A stretch of DNA of 32,000 nucleotides, taken from the sequence record CP114870.1; one strand, written 5' to 3'. How positions within the stretch are numbered: position 1 is the stretch's first letter; every line of letters begins with the position of its first letter. Below, piece by piece: positions 21,457 to 31,701 of this stretch. A program made the translations under genes and the position numbers. The notes beneath the pieces were generated by a model that was given only the letters and a program-made list of their open reading frames with translations, was not told the origin of the DNA and ran no database searches.

Positions 21457-23087
21457 CAAATATGTTATCCTTTAGGCTCTTTATCCTAAATATCTTAATC
21501 TTACGATTAAGTTCAGACTATGTCATCAATATTATAAAATAATATTGTAGGGCGTTCGTGGCAAGATTATTGTAAATATAATACTCACTTACTAGTCGTT
21601 GAACCTTCATATATCCTTTTTTTATTCTATATTTAATATATGCTTGGCTACAAATTATCCTTAATCTTAAATCACATAAATAATTATTGAATTTATTAAG
21701 GAACTCCTTGTAATTAACCCTATTTTCTATTAATTTTTTTTTATAAAATATGTTTAATGTTTAATTTTAAAAATTACTCTGCGGAGAACATCTTTTTTTT
21801 AATAAGAAGCAAATTTAAATTTTCACAATTTAAACGTTTCACCCGTTAATAAACAATGTTTAATTTTGGATCTATCTATTTTTATAGCAATACTACATTT
21901 ACTAATACTAGAAAAAATAAATTTATTATTAAGATTATCAATAGCAATAATTTTCAAACCTTCAGAAACTAATTTATTAGTACCTCTAATAAATCTAATC
22001 TCATTTTTAATTTCATAAGGAGAAGGAAATGAAAATAGAGTTTTAAATTTATTCTCAAAATTAGATAAATTAATTAAATTATTTTTTTTATAATGAGTAG
22101 AAAGTCTAAAATTATTCCAAGTATTTTTAATTTCTGTAATTAATAATTTACCTTCTGGTAGTAAATGGTAACCAAAAAAATAAATATCAACCACCAAACA
22201 CCAATCCTTAAAATCTTTTAATTTTTTAGTTTTCAATATACCAACTTTAGAATATAAAGGTACAATAGATTTTTTTAATTTATCTATATCTGTAATATCT
22301 AAATTTACAGTTGGATTAGAATTAGGTCTATTTTTTCTAGATTTAGTAATATTTAAATTATTATTAATATTAAAAAGATTTTTAATTCTATTGAATAATT
22401 CTATTTCTTTAATATGTATCTCAAATTTTAATCTAGGGTTATAATTAGATATAGAAAAACTACCATCTCCATCTGTAAATTCACCTAATCATTGTATAGT
22501 TAATTGTGTTTTATTAAGTGGTGCCAAATAAGGTTTCTTCATTTCATGATAGAATTTTATCATTTCTAGTTTACCTTCTTTTGATAAATGTTTTTTTTTC
22601 ATTAATAAAATTAACAGCTTTTTCAAAAATAATAAATTCATGATATTTAGAACTATTTAATTTAGTATTGTTAAAAATAGGTAATAAAATTTGTAATAAA
22701 GAATCTTTATCATTAATAAAATAATTACATCTTTTCCCTGAAATAGAGATATGTCCACAATTTATTTTTAATATATTCTAATATAGATAAATCATCTATA
22801 TGCAGACCAATTTGAAAAGTTAACATTGCACTAGTATAATTATTCTCATTAAATTTTCTTAAAGTTATTTGAAAAATACCTTCAGCGTCAGTAAAACCTG
22901 TAAATCATTCTAAAAAATCAAAATCTAAGATAAAATTTTTGTTTTTAAAATTAATAAAAAGATTATCCTTTTTATATTCAGAAGACAGAAGAAGATAGAG
23001 TTTTAATAAAATTATTATTTATATTTTTCATTTTATTTTAGAATTAAATATATTTTTTTTTTTATTTAATAGGGACTATTGTAATTA
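21457..23087 (-). mobile_element. cox3 intron 2, group I (IB-like), with a decayed LAGLIDADG ORF
   Basis: The 5' exon ends in U (23088) and the intron ends ..CATATTTG (G at 21457). Core elements on the sense strand: GTTCAACGACTAGTAA (rc ~21585-21600, R-like) and ACATAGTCTGAAC (rc ~21508-21521, S-like). Confidence 0.75.
21823..23031 (-). pseudogene. LAGLIDADG (two-domain, LAGLIDADG_1 type) endonuclease frame broken by at least two frameshifts. The C-terminal piece is track ORF 21823..22236.
   Basis: Motif 1 FLEWFTGFTDAEGIFQI (rc ~22870-22915, W=TGA) is in phase 0. NCGHISISGKRCNYFINDKDSLLQILLPIFNNTKLNSSKYHEFIIFEKAVNFINEKK is in phase 2, with the switch near 22761-22777. After an A9 run (22591-22599), HLSKEGKLEMIKFYHEMKKPYLAPLNKTQLTIQWLGEFTDGDGSFSIS.. 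is in phase 1, continuing to the stop at 21823. The ATG at 23029-23031 is in yet another phase. Confidence 0.7.
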
Positions 23088-23280
23088 ATCCATGAAGTCC
23101 AGTAGAAGCAAAAAATGCTGAACCATATACACTATCTGCCATTGTAAATCCAGCTTCACTATATTCAAAATATTGTAAACCAGTAAATACTATAGCTAAG
23201 ATTATTGTTGCAAATATACCATTGATAGCTGCTTTTCTATTTCCAGCTATTAAAGCATGATGACCATATGTAACAAAAGC
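23088..23280 (-). CDS. cox3: Cytochrome c oxidase subunit 3, exon 2
   Basis: AFVTYGHHALIAGNRKAAINGIFATIILAIVFTGLQYFEYSEAGFTMADSVYGSAFFASTGLHG(L). Preceded by the intron-terminal G (..GAGATTATG|GCT). Confidence 0.88.
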
Positions 23281-24589
23281 CATAATCTCCGATAATATAA
23301 ATATAAACATTTGATTATATTATCCTTGTACTCTATATTAATATATATTTTTCAAATTTACTATACCCTTTTTTGTTTTTCTTTTTAGAGAAACAAACGG
23401 GATTAAGTTAAAAATAGCAATTGCTATTACAATTTGAAAATTAATATAAAACCTTTGAAAAAGAAAAATTATTAAAGATTAATAACAAACCTTATTATTT
23501 TTTTAATTTGTGTTTATGTTTAGCTTTATTTTTGTTTTTGTTTTTGTTGTTTTTGTTTTTTTAATTTCTTTTTGAGATTCCGACTGTACATTAAGCATCA
23601 AAAAAATTGATACCCATCGATGAACCAGTCTGTAGCAACCATTATAAACTACTTATAATAGCTGACGGTCTTAGAATCAAATGTATTCCGTTGACCGTTT
23701 TCATCAATGTCGCCAAGATTGTTAAAAAAAAATAAAAAAATTTTTTTTTTTTTACTAATCTCCTTTTTTTAATAGCTAAATTAATAATATTTTTTTTTTT
23801 GTTTTAGTAAAAAATGATAATTAATTTAGGACTATGCAATTTATTTTATTATTATTATTATTATTATTATTTTTTTGGTTTTTAAATTTCAATTTTATAG
23901 GCCATAGTGGGATGAATATGAGGTTTCACTATTTTTATTAATTCTTTTAAATTAGATTTTGGAATATATAAACTATATTGGTTTACTATACCAGTTTTAT
24001 GTATAGCTGTTATAAGACCGTATTTATTTTCCAAAACAGAAGCTAAAACCTTAACATCTTTAAGTGTAAAACCATTAGTACTAAATTTTAATCCTTTGTT
24101 TTTGTATTTACAACCGTCATCCATTAACCAAATCGCTAAAGCTAATGGGGATAAAAAATTTTCTATAGATTTAGGTACTATTTTACGTACTCCCTTACCT
24201 AAAAGGCTGGAGCTAGGATAAAATTCATCATATATCCAATTAAATGAAGAATAAGTATAAGTTCTAAATCTGTAATAATAACGTAATTGCCCATCAATAC
24301 CTTTTATAGATTGAATTAAAGGAATATTTTCTTTACTATAACCAAGTAAACTTATAATTTGATGTAACCAAAGTAAATATTCCCCATTAATCTTAGCTTG
24401 ATAAAAAGCAAACCGTGAACCATATCCATCTTTTTCCATAGTAGCATCTCCTAGTAAGGATCCTATAATAATACTTAAAATATCATAATTATGAGGACCT
24501 ATTCGCTTTAACGATGAAACTTTTGGGCAGCTAAATGGTAAGATCGTGGTTATTAATAATAATTCTGATAAATCACATCTGTGGCACAC
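23281..24589 (-). mobile_element. cox3 intron 1, group I, with a LAGLIDADG ORF fused in frame to exon 1
   Basis: Exon 1 ends ..TCA AGT GGT (U at 24590). The intron ends ATTATG (G at 23281). Core-like block at 23575-23720 (rc TTGGCGACA.., GTTGCTACAGACTGG, TGCTTAATGTACAGTCG). Contains a (TnG)n tract at 23528-23562. Confidence 0.78.
23882..24589 (-). CDS. LAGLIDADG homing endonuclease (LAGLIDADG_2 type), continuous with cox3 exon 1
   Basis: Track ORF 23882..25033 reads Cox3 residues 1-148, then ..RIGPHNYDILSIIIGSLLGDATMEKDGYGSRFAFYQ..LALAIWLMDDGCKYKNKGLKFSTNGF.. to a stop at 23882. Both dodecapeptide motifs are present. Confidence 0.88.
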   Translation of the reverse strand: MCHRCDLSELLLITTILPFSCPKVSSLKRIGPHNYDILSIIIGSLLGDATMEKDGYGSRFAFYQAKINGEYLLWLHQIISLLGYSKENIPLIQSIKGIDGQLRYYYRFRTYTYSSFNWIYDEFYPSSSLLGKGVRKIVPKSIENFLSPLALAIWLMDDGCKYKNKGLKFSTNGFTLKDVKVLASVLENKYGLITAIHKTGIVNQYSLYIPKSNLKELIKIVKPHIHPTMAYKIEI

Positions 24590-25033
24590 ACCACTTGATA
24601 ATAATAAAAAAGTATTAAGTAGAGGTATAGCAAAAGGATCTAAAGGTGTTATACCTAGTGGGGGCCAAGAACCACCAATTTCTATTGCTGGGGATAAACT
24701 AGAATGAAAGAAAGCCCAAAATACAGATAAAAAAGCAAAGATTTCACTTACTATAAATAGTACAATCCCTATCATTAAACCATTTTTAACTTGTTTAGTA
24801 TGATGACCTAGATATGTTCCTTCTGTTATAACATCTCTAAACCAGAGAGTCATACCAGAGACAGTAAAAATAAAACCTATAGTTAAAATTGTACCACCAT
24901 AAAAATATCCATGCATATATAACACAGCACCTATTGTAAGATTTAATAAAGAAAAACTTAATAAAATAGGCCAAGGTGAAGGATCTACCAAATGAAAAGG
25001 AAAATGTTGAAATTTATTTATATTTATTTTCAT
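24590..25033 (-). CDS. cox3: Cytochrome c oxidase subunit 3, exon 1
   Basis: MKININKFQHFPFHLVDPSPWPILLSFSLLNL..FRDVITEGTYLGHHT..FWAFFHSSLSP..WPPLGI..LLNTFLLLSSG. ATG at 25031-25033. Confidence 0.93.
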
Positions 25034-25442
25034 TTTTTAGTTTGTTTTTTATTTTTTTTTTATTATTATTTTTTGAGATCGAGAAGTATTATATTTTTAT
25101 TTATTAAAAATAAAAAATTTAAATTTTTAATTTTAATTTAAATTTTATATTTTTATGTATATCTTATATTTTAATTTTTTATATTGTCTTGATAATAACT
25201 TTAAAAACATAAAAATGTTTACTCTGATTGCTTAAATTAATGTGTAATTATTTTAAATTCAATTTAATTAAATTATATTATATTATATTATATTTTATTA
25301 TATACAAAAATATTAATTTTAAAAACAAAAATTTTTGTTTTTCTATTCCTTATTAATCTAAATCTTAATATTTTTAATTTTAATCTATACCTTAATAATA
25401 AAGGATAGTTCTATAAATTGAAAACTAGTTTTCAATTATTTA

Positions 25443-25506
25443 TTTTTCGTTTTTTGGTTTTGTTTGTTTGTAATTGTATTGTTTTGTTTTGTTTTTTGTT
25501 TTTTTA
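25443..25506. repeat. (TnG)n tract in the cox2-cox3 spacer
   Basis: tttttcgttttttggttttgtttgtttgtaattgtattgttttgttttgttttttgttttttt read directly. Confidence 0.85.
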
Positions 25507-25705
25507 ATTTGGGATCAAAAATAAAATTAAATTGAAAATACAATATCAAACTCTTTCACTATTCTAATTAAAGATGAGGGTTAAATAAGCTGCCAAAACA
25601 GGAATTATGTTTTATTTGTTATGTTTTATTTGTTTTATTTAAACAAATCAAATAAATAAACAAAAATAAATATGTAAAGAAAGATTGTGAATTATTCTCT
25701 CAAAT

Positions 25706-25748
25706 TTTTATTTTTTGTTTTTTAGTTTTGTTTTTGTTTGTTTTGTTC
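25706..25748. repeat. (TnG)n tract about 80 nt downstream of the cox2 stop
   Basis: tttttattttttgttttttagttttgtttttgtttgttttgtt read directly. Confidence 0.85.
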
Positions 25749-25827
25749 ATAATTTAAAAATGATTAAGAATTAAATTATTAAAATATAATATTTTTTTAT
25801 CTTTAAAATATGAAATTAGAGATATGA

Positions 25828-26226
25828 TTATTGAGAGGCAGAATCAATCCAAACTAAGAAATCGGTAGAAGATACTGCTTCCACAACTATAGGCATAAAA
25901 CCATGCCATACCCCACATATTTCTGAGCATTGTCCATAAAAAGTACCAGCTCTTTCAGCCAAGAAAGAAACTTGATTTAATCGACCAGGTACACAATCTA
26001 ATTTTAATCCTAAGGAAGGAACAGCATACGAATGTATAACATCTGAACCTGTTACAATTAATCTAATATGGCAATCTACAGGTATTATAAGTTTATTATC
26101 CACATCTAATAATCGGAATTGACCTAATTCTAAATCAGAATCAGGTATCATATAAGAATCAAATTCTATAGATTCTCCACTATCAGTTATGAAATCTGAA
26201 TACTCATAAGACCAATACCATTGATG
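25828..26226 (-). CDS. cox2: Cytochrome c oxidase subunit 2, exon 3 (includes the TAA stop)
   Basis: [118 protein letters not shown]... An in-frame TAA at 26242-26244 limits upstream extension. Confidence 0.9.
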   Translation of the reverse strand, partial: HQWYWSYEYSDFITDSGESIEFDSYMIPDSDLELGQFRLLDVDNKLIIPVDCHIRLIVTGSDVIHSYAVPSLGLKLDCVPGRLNQVSFLAERAGTFYGQCSEICGVWHGFMPIVVEAVSSTDFLVWIDSASQ

Positions 26227-26299
26227 TAGATAGAAAAATGATTATCGCTCCACGCACATCATATAAAAAAAATAAAAAATTAATAATTGTAGTTAACTA

Positions 26300-26906
26300 C
26301 CACTATTTAATACTTTTATATAATTAATTAAAAAAGCTAATTTATACAACATACTAGTGTGCATATAAGGTAGAACTAGAGCTTAGTGCTCAAAGTTTAG
26401 GAAGAGACTTTACTAAAAAATAAAATTATACTTATCTTTATATTAAAATTTAAGAACTCCTTTTGGTTTAGATTTTTTTTTTTTAATAGTAGAATCTAAA
26501 ACAAACTTAGTCAACCACTATAAGATAGAAGATGTAAAATAAAAAAATCAATTTCTGGAGAAAAAAAAAAAATTTTTTTTTTAATTTTAACTCCTTTATA
26601 AAAAAATCATAAAGCCAATTTAAACTACTAAAACTAAAAGTTCTAATTGCATAACCAGAACATTATTTTTTTGTCAATCTTTTAAATAAAGTTTATAACT
26701 GTATAAAAAGAAGGGAAGAATAATATCCTCTTTCATATAAAAATCATATCATATAAATGAAAAGTATTTTTATTTTTTATGATTTATACTCTGTCTAAAT
26801 CTCACCGTACTAGAATCATATTTTAAGGTTTTATTTCTATATTACCATCTCCAATAAGAGTTCCAACAAATAAACCAATTACGTCTTGATTAAGTTTTAT
26901 GTGTAG
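26300..26906 (-). pseudogene. Decayed second LAGLIDADG_2-type endonuclease frame in the 3' part of cox2 intron 2
   Basis: Sense-strand fragments in different phases, each ended by stops. LNQDVIGLFVGTLIGDGNIEIKP* (~26830-26900). YDSSTVRFRQSINHKK* . LYERGYYSS (~26710-26760). YAIRTFSFSSLNWLYDFF (~26595-26650). Together these follow the usual order of LAGLIDADG_2 landmarks. Confidence 0.6.
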
Positions 26907-27504
26907 CTATCCTTGTATCAGATCTTATATTCTTTGTATGAAAAAATCTTTTTCTTTTTTTTGATATAAATAAAGAGGTATTAAAAAAGTTTGTCTTAAT
27001 TATTTTGCGGCTGTGAATCCGCCGCAGATACAAAATGATGGAGGATTAAAAATACATTTTTTCTATACTCGACTGTACATTAAGCAATATATATTTTTAA
27101 TAATATATCACCCACCAGTGACCCAGTCTGTGGCAACAAATGGAAAAAAAATAAACCATCTACTGACAGTCTTGTACTATTTATGGTATCAATTTTATAG
27201 TTTTTAACTGTTTTCACTAGTGTCGCCAAAAGAATGACTATAAATTATATAAATTTTATAAGTTATAATTATCTTTAAAGAATCCTGTCAGATTCTTAGA
27301 GGTATTTATTAAATATCTCACGACTATCAAATATATTTATATCTGTCTGTTTATATTAAATATTATATTATATTTTTATTTTTATATTTTTTTTTATATA
27401 TTTATTATATATTATATACTATATATTATTATATATTATAAATTATATATTATACAGAAGAAAGAGTTAAAAGAACTTTATTATACTACAATATTTTATT
27501 TATA

Positions 27505-27692
<188 letters not shown>

Positions 27693-27827
27693 AATAATTA
27701 TTTAAATTTTTAATGTTAATATTTATTTAAATTTAAATAAAAATATTTAATTATAGAAATAACTATAGAAATAAAGATAGGATATAATTATAAACATACA
27801 TAATAACACAAACAAATACAAAAAAAA

Positions 27828-28988
27828 TTATATGAAATTTTTCACTAAACCTAATTTATAATACATAGAATTATGCATAAGAGGTAAAATTAAATCTCTT
27901 AAATTAGAAATAGAATTTTCTTTAATATATATATAATTAGAATATTTATTTTTAAAAAAAATTTTTTTTATACTGCAATTTAAATTAAAATTTTTTCTTA
28001 ATATATCTAATAAAAAATTTATTTCTCTTAATGTAAAAGAATTACAAAATATTCTAACACCACTACCTGTTCAATCACCAGCATCACTTATTCAGATAGC
28101 TAAAGTTAATGGTGTGATAAATTTTTCTATGTGAAGTGGTATTAATTTTTTTCCTTTTTTATAAAAAGATTTATATATCCAAACTAAATTTCTAAATGTA
28201 TAAGTATTAAATTCAAAACCATCATATCTCTTATTTATATTTTTAATAATTCTTGAAAATTTTCTAGGTTTAATATTACTACAGTATCCTCTTTTTAAAA
28301 AGAATTCATATAGATAAAATAAAAATTCTTTATGTATAAAACTTTTTTTAATAGATATTCTTATTCCTTCTCCAGAGATATTTTGAGCAGTACCAGCACC
28401 TAATAATAAACCAAATATTATTGAAATAACATCGAGATTATGAGGCCCTATACGATTAATAGCTCTACAATGAGTATGATATAATCTATTTAATCTTTCA
28501 GAATTTTGTATTATTTTAATTTTATAATTATTATAATCCTTATAAATCTTATAATTATAAGTATATAAAACATTATAAAAATTTCTATTATGAAAAGTTT
28601 TATTTAGTAGATATAATTTCTCATTATTTTTATTTATATTACAACAATAAAAATAACAATTAGAATAACAATTACAATAAGAATTACAATTATATTTAGA
28701 ATTAGAATTACAATTAGAATTTAAATTACAATTCTTGTCCGTATGTGTAATAATCTCTATTCAAGGGGTAATGAATTTACAGATTTTACTATTATTAGAA
28801 AATATAATAGCAATAATTAACAAATAAAATTTAAAATAAAGTGAAATAATATATATATAATGTAATATCTTAAAATATAAAAATTTTGTACTATAAAAAA
28901 AATATAGTTGTAGTATAATATTTTTTTGACCAAAATTGGTGTCTTTTATTTTATTTAATATATATGATTTTAGGCCAATTTTTAAATA
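27828..28988 (-). CDS. LAGLIDADG homing endonuclease (LAGLIDADG_2 type), 386 codons, in frame with cox2 exon 2. Absent from the supplied ORF track because it contains three TGA (Trp) codons.
   Basis: Phase check: the exon-2 Gly codon 28989-28991, the codons of INRIGPHNLDVISIIFGLLLGAGTAQ (from 28460 downward) and the TAA at 27828-27830 all share one phase. Manual triplet reading found no TAA or TAG. Second motif LTLAIWISDAGDWTGSGVRIFCNSF. TGA at 28761-28763, 28092-28094 and 28071-28073. Confidence 0.8.
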
Positions 28989-29027
28989 ACCTACTACTTT
29001 AATTGTTAATGTTGGTGAAATAACTTC
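28989..29027 (-). CDS. cox2: Cytochrome c oxidase subunit 2, exon 2 (39-nt micro-exon)
   Basis: GAA GTT ATT TCA CCA ACA TTA ACA ATT AAA GTA GTA GGT = EVISPTLTIKVVG. This exactly fills the gap between ..RLLYLMD and HQWYW. Preceded by the intron-terminal G (..GGAAAAAAAG|GAA). Confidence 0.85.
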
Positions 29028-30152
29028 CTTTTTTTCCTACCACCCCTATATAAACCAGAATTAGTAAATATAAATTAAAGTAAAGAAAATTTGGACTATC
29101 CCATCATCCTTATATCAAATATATTTACAATATAAGGACGTTTCACGTGTAGTCTCTGAGGAACCTACTTTTGCTAAAATAACTTTGTTTCACAAATTGG
29201 TTTCCTGCTGATTATTCTGTGTTATTTAAATAAAAAAATTAAAAAAAAGATCCTCTACAATATCTAAAATTCTAAGGGTAGACAAAAATAAAACAACTAA
29301 ACAACTCATTACGATGATTTTCACAAATACTTATTTTTTTTTTTTTTAATATCCTTCACCCTGCTGTTTAAAGGCAAAGGTAGTTAAAAAGTTAATAAAA
29401 CTTTAGAAAACTATAACAAAAAAAAAAAATTTTTTTTGTACATGTAATTATCAGAATATTCCAGCATATAGTAAAATTATTCAATTAGCCTTTCAACTAA
29501 AGGGGACAAAGTATTATATGGTGTTTTGTCTTAATTTTTACATCATATTTGAGTAAAAATGCAGAGTTACTAAGCTACCAAAAAACAAAAAGAAAAAACA
29601 AAAAAAGATTCATCAATACTAATTACTAATTAAATGTAGATAACCAAACCGATCTACTGTCATGTGTTGAACAGAGCAAACCAACATAATTTGGTAATAT
29701 TAGATAGCAACAGATATACATATAAATTTTTGATTTTCCTTTAGTATTAGTATTTTATTCTTAATTCCTTTTAGTCCAAACTCCATCAATCAACCATAGC
29801 CAATAAGCTAAAGCAATTTTATCTAAGTAGGTTAAAAATTCATTTCATAATTTATTGTTTTCACAATTTGATTATCTATTATTGAATAGAACAAAATAAC
29901 AATAAAAAAGTTATGCATCCTTTGATAGGTTTAAATAACTATAATCATAAAATAATTATTATGACCATTTTTAGACATTAAGTAATGGGTATCTATTACT
30001 GTTGTGTAATAGTTTATTGAAAAACAAACCAAAACACCATAGGTAATCAAATATTTTTTAGTTTTTAGTTGTTTTGTTTTTGTGTTTTTTCTAGTGTTTT
30101 TTGTTTTTTTGTTTTTTAAGTAAAATTAATAACTAACACCAAATATAGGACA
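29028..30152 (-). other. cox2 intron 1, group I, with no intact ORF
   Basis: The 5' exon ends ATG GAT (U at 30153) and the intron ends in G at 29028. Sense-strand core elements: AATCAGCAGG (Q-like, rc ~29200-29210), TCAGAGACTACACG (R-like, rc ~29145-29160), GGGATAGTCC (S-like, rc ~29094-29103). Contains a (TnG)n tract at 30054-30117 and an inverted A/C tract at 29578-29607. Confidence 0.75.
30054..30117. repeat. (TnG)n tract just inside cox2 intron 1
   Basis: ttttagtttttagttgttttgtttttgtgttttttctagtgttttttgtttttttgtttttt read directly. Confidence 0.85.
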
Positions 30153-30476
30153 ATCCATTAAATATAATAATCTAAATGAAGGGAAAGCAATAGCAATTAA
30201 AATTAATGCAGGTGAAATAGTCCATATTAATTCTAGAACTGTACCATGAGTTAGATATTTATGTGCAATAGGATTATTATTAGAGTTAAAATAAAACATA
30301 ATTGAGAAAATAAACCAAAATACAGCAAAACAAATAACAACTAAATAGAATCCAACAGTATTATGCAATGTCACTAGACCTGTGAAACCAGGAGCTCCAC
30401 TATCTTGAAACCCTAATTGCCAGGGTTGAGCAACATCATTAAATATAGGATTAAACAAAAAATATAAAAAATTCAT
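30153..30476 (-). CDS. cox2: Cytochrome c oxidase subunit 2, exon 1
   Basis: MNFLYFLFNPIFNDVAQPWQLGFQDSGAPGFTGLVTLHNTVGFYLVVICFAVFWF..HGTVLELIWTISPALILIAIAFPSFRLLYLMD. ATG at 30474-30476, chosen by homology (short presequence before DVAQPWQLGFQD). Confidence 0.9.
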
Positions 30477-31129
30477 TTTAATTATTATTGTCGCTCTTAA
30501 TTTACTATTTACTCTAGCTAAATAAAATGACCTTTCTGAATTTATATTTCTTATTTCATATCCCATCCTAGAAAATATTTTTACTTATAACATTTTAGTT
30601 ATAAATCTTTGGAATTATTTATTTTGTATCTTGACTTACTACAATTAAATGATACACAACCAATTTTAACACTTTTACTAACATAAACCTTAAAACAAAT
30701 ATATATGGAAAATTAGAATAGCTTTGGTTTTATTTTTATTTATTTTTGTTTTTTATTTTCCTAAACTTTAAAAACAAATATATATATGAAAAATTAAGAA
30801 TAGCTTTGGTTTTATTAAATTTTTATTTTTTTTTAATTATTAATTTATTTTTAATTTTGTGGAATCTATATCTAGAATCTAATTTATAGTAAAGGAAAAG
30901 AAGATTAGTCTTATTTTTTAAAGAGATAAATGCCTTATGATTTAAATCACAATTCTAACTATATACTAGCATTAAAATTAAAAAAATATTTTTAAAAATA
31001 TTTTTAATTTAAGAGTTAGTAATATAGCATCTTAAGATTGATCTTTGTGGTAAGATTCTTATATCAATAATTAATTTAGTGATAAATTTTAATTAATTTT
31101 TATTTCTTATATTTTATTTTTTATTATAT

Positions 31130-31216
31130 TTTTTGTTTTGGTTTTTGTTTTTGTTTTGTTTTGTTTTTTTGTTTTTTGTTTTTTGTTTTGTTTTTGTTTG
31201 ATTTGTTTTTGTTTTT
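31130..31216. repeat. (T4-7G)n tract, about 87 nt, in the cob-cox2 spacer
   Basis: tttttgttttggtttttgtttttgttttgttttgtttttttgttttttgttttttgttttgtttttgtttgatttgtttttgtttttg read directly. Confidence 0.95.
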
Positions 31217-31347
31217 GATATAATCAAAAGAGTAAAGGATTTGAACCTTTATTATTTAAATTACAAAATTAATTAAAGTTAAAAACAAAATTTACCTACA
31301 ACTTATCTCCTGTAATTACTATTTATACCAAAGCCCTTTTATTTAAG

Positions 31348-31470
31348 ATATAATATATAATATAATATAATATAATATAATTTAATATAATATAAATTAA
31401 TATAATATAATATAATATAATATAATATAATATAATATAATATAATATATAAAATATAATATATATATTA
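31348..31470. repeat. (TATAA)n pentamer microsatellite, about 20 units, slightly imperfect
   Basis: ataatataatataatataat... read directly. Confidence 0.95.
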
Positions 31471-31701
31471 TTCAAAAAAAAAACACAAAATATAAAAGCC
31501 TCAAATAGATAGGGGATTAATTTAATCTAGTTTACTAATAATTAGTACCTAATTCTAATTTTCTGAAAATCTTAATATAAACAAGTATTCATAAATATAA
31601 TTTATTATTATTTAACAAGCAAAAATTATAAAAATAATAATTGATTTATTATTTATTTTTTATTATTTTTATATTTAATATTGTAAATAAAGGAAATATT
31701 T

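Noticed and set aside
25607-25672. Imperfect palindrome (TTTGTT-TTATTTA-AACAAA and flanks) in the cox2-cox3 spacer
   Set aside because: The arms are short and mismatch-rich. Comparable A/T hairpins are expected everywhere in this composition.
27013-27207. Plus-strand ORF, 64 aa
   Set aside because: It is antisense to the group I core of cox2 intron 2. Its openness is due to structured GC-containing RNA sequence.
28100-28160. Suspected frameshift in the cox2-i2 endonuclease at the A6GGA7 run
   Set aside because: Recounting block by block (aaaaaa gg aaaaaaa ttaat) shows the frame is continuous (..FYKKGKKLIPLHIEKFITPL..). My first reading had miscounted one A.
30477-30566. 30-codon in-frame upstream extension of cox2 (track ORF starts at 30566)
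   Set aside because: The extension (MGYEIRNINSERSFYLARVNSKLRATIIIK) has no Cox2 counterpart. Met31 gives the usual short presequence before DVAQPWQLGFQD.
31040-31062. Hairpin with a TTGTGG loop resembling the trnH anticodon arm
   Set aside because: The loop is 6 or 8 nt depending on the pairing. No flanking D, T or acceptor elements.
31228-31305. Second T-arm-like hairpin on the minus strand (AAAGG-TTCAAAT-CCTTT followed by ACTCTTT)
   Set aside because: No complementary 5' acceptor strand (AAAGAGT) at 48-60 nt upstream, and no foldable anticodon arm with a 7-nt loop.
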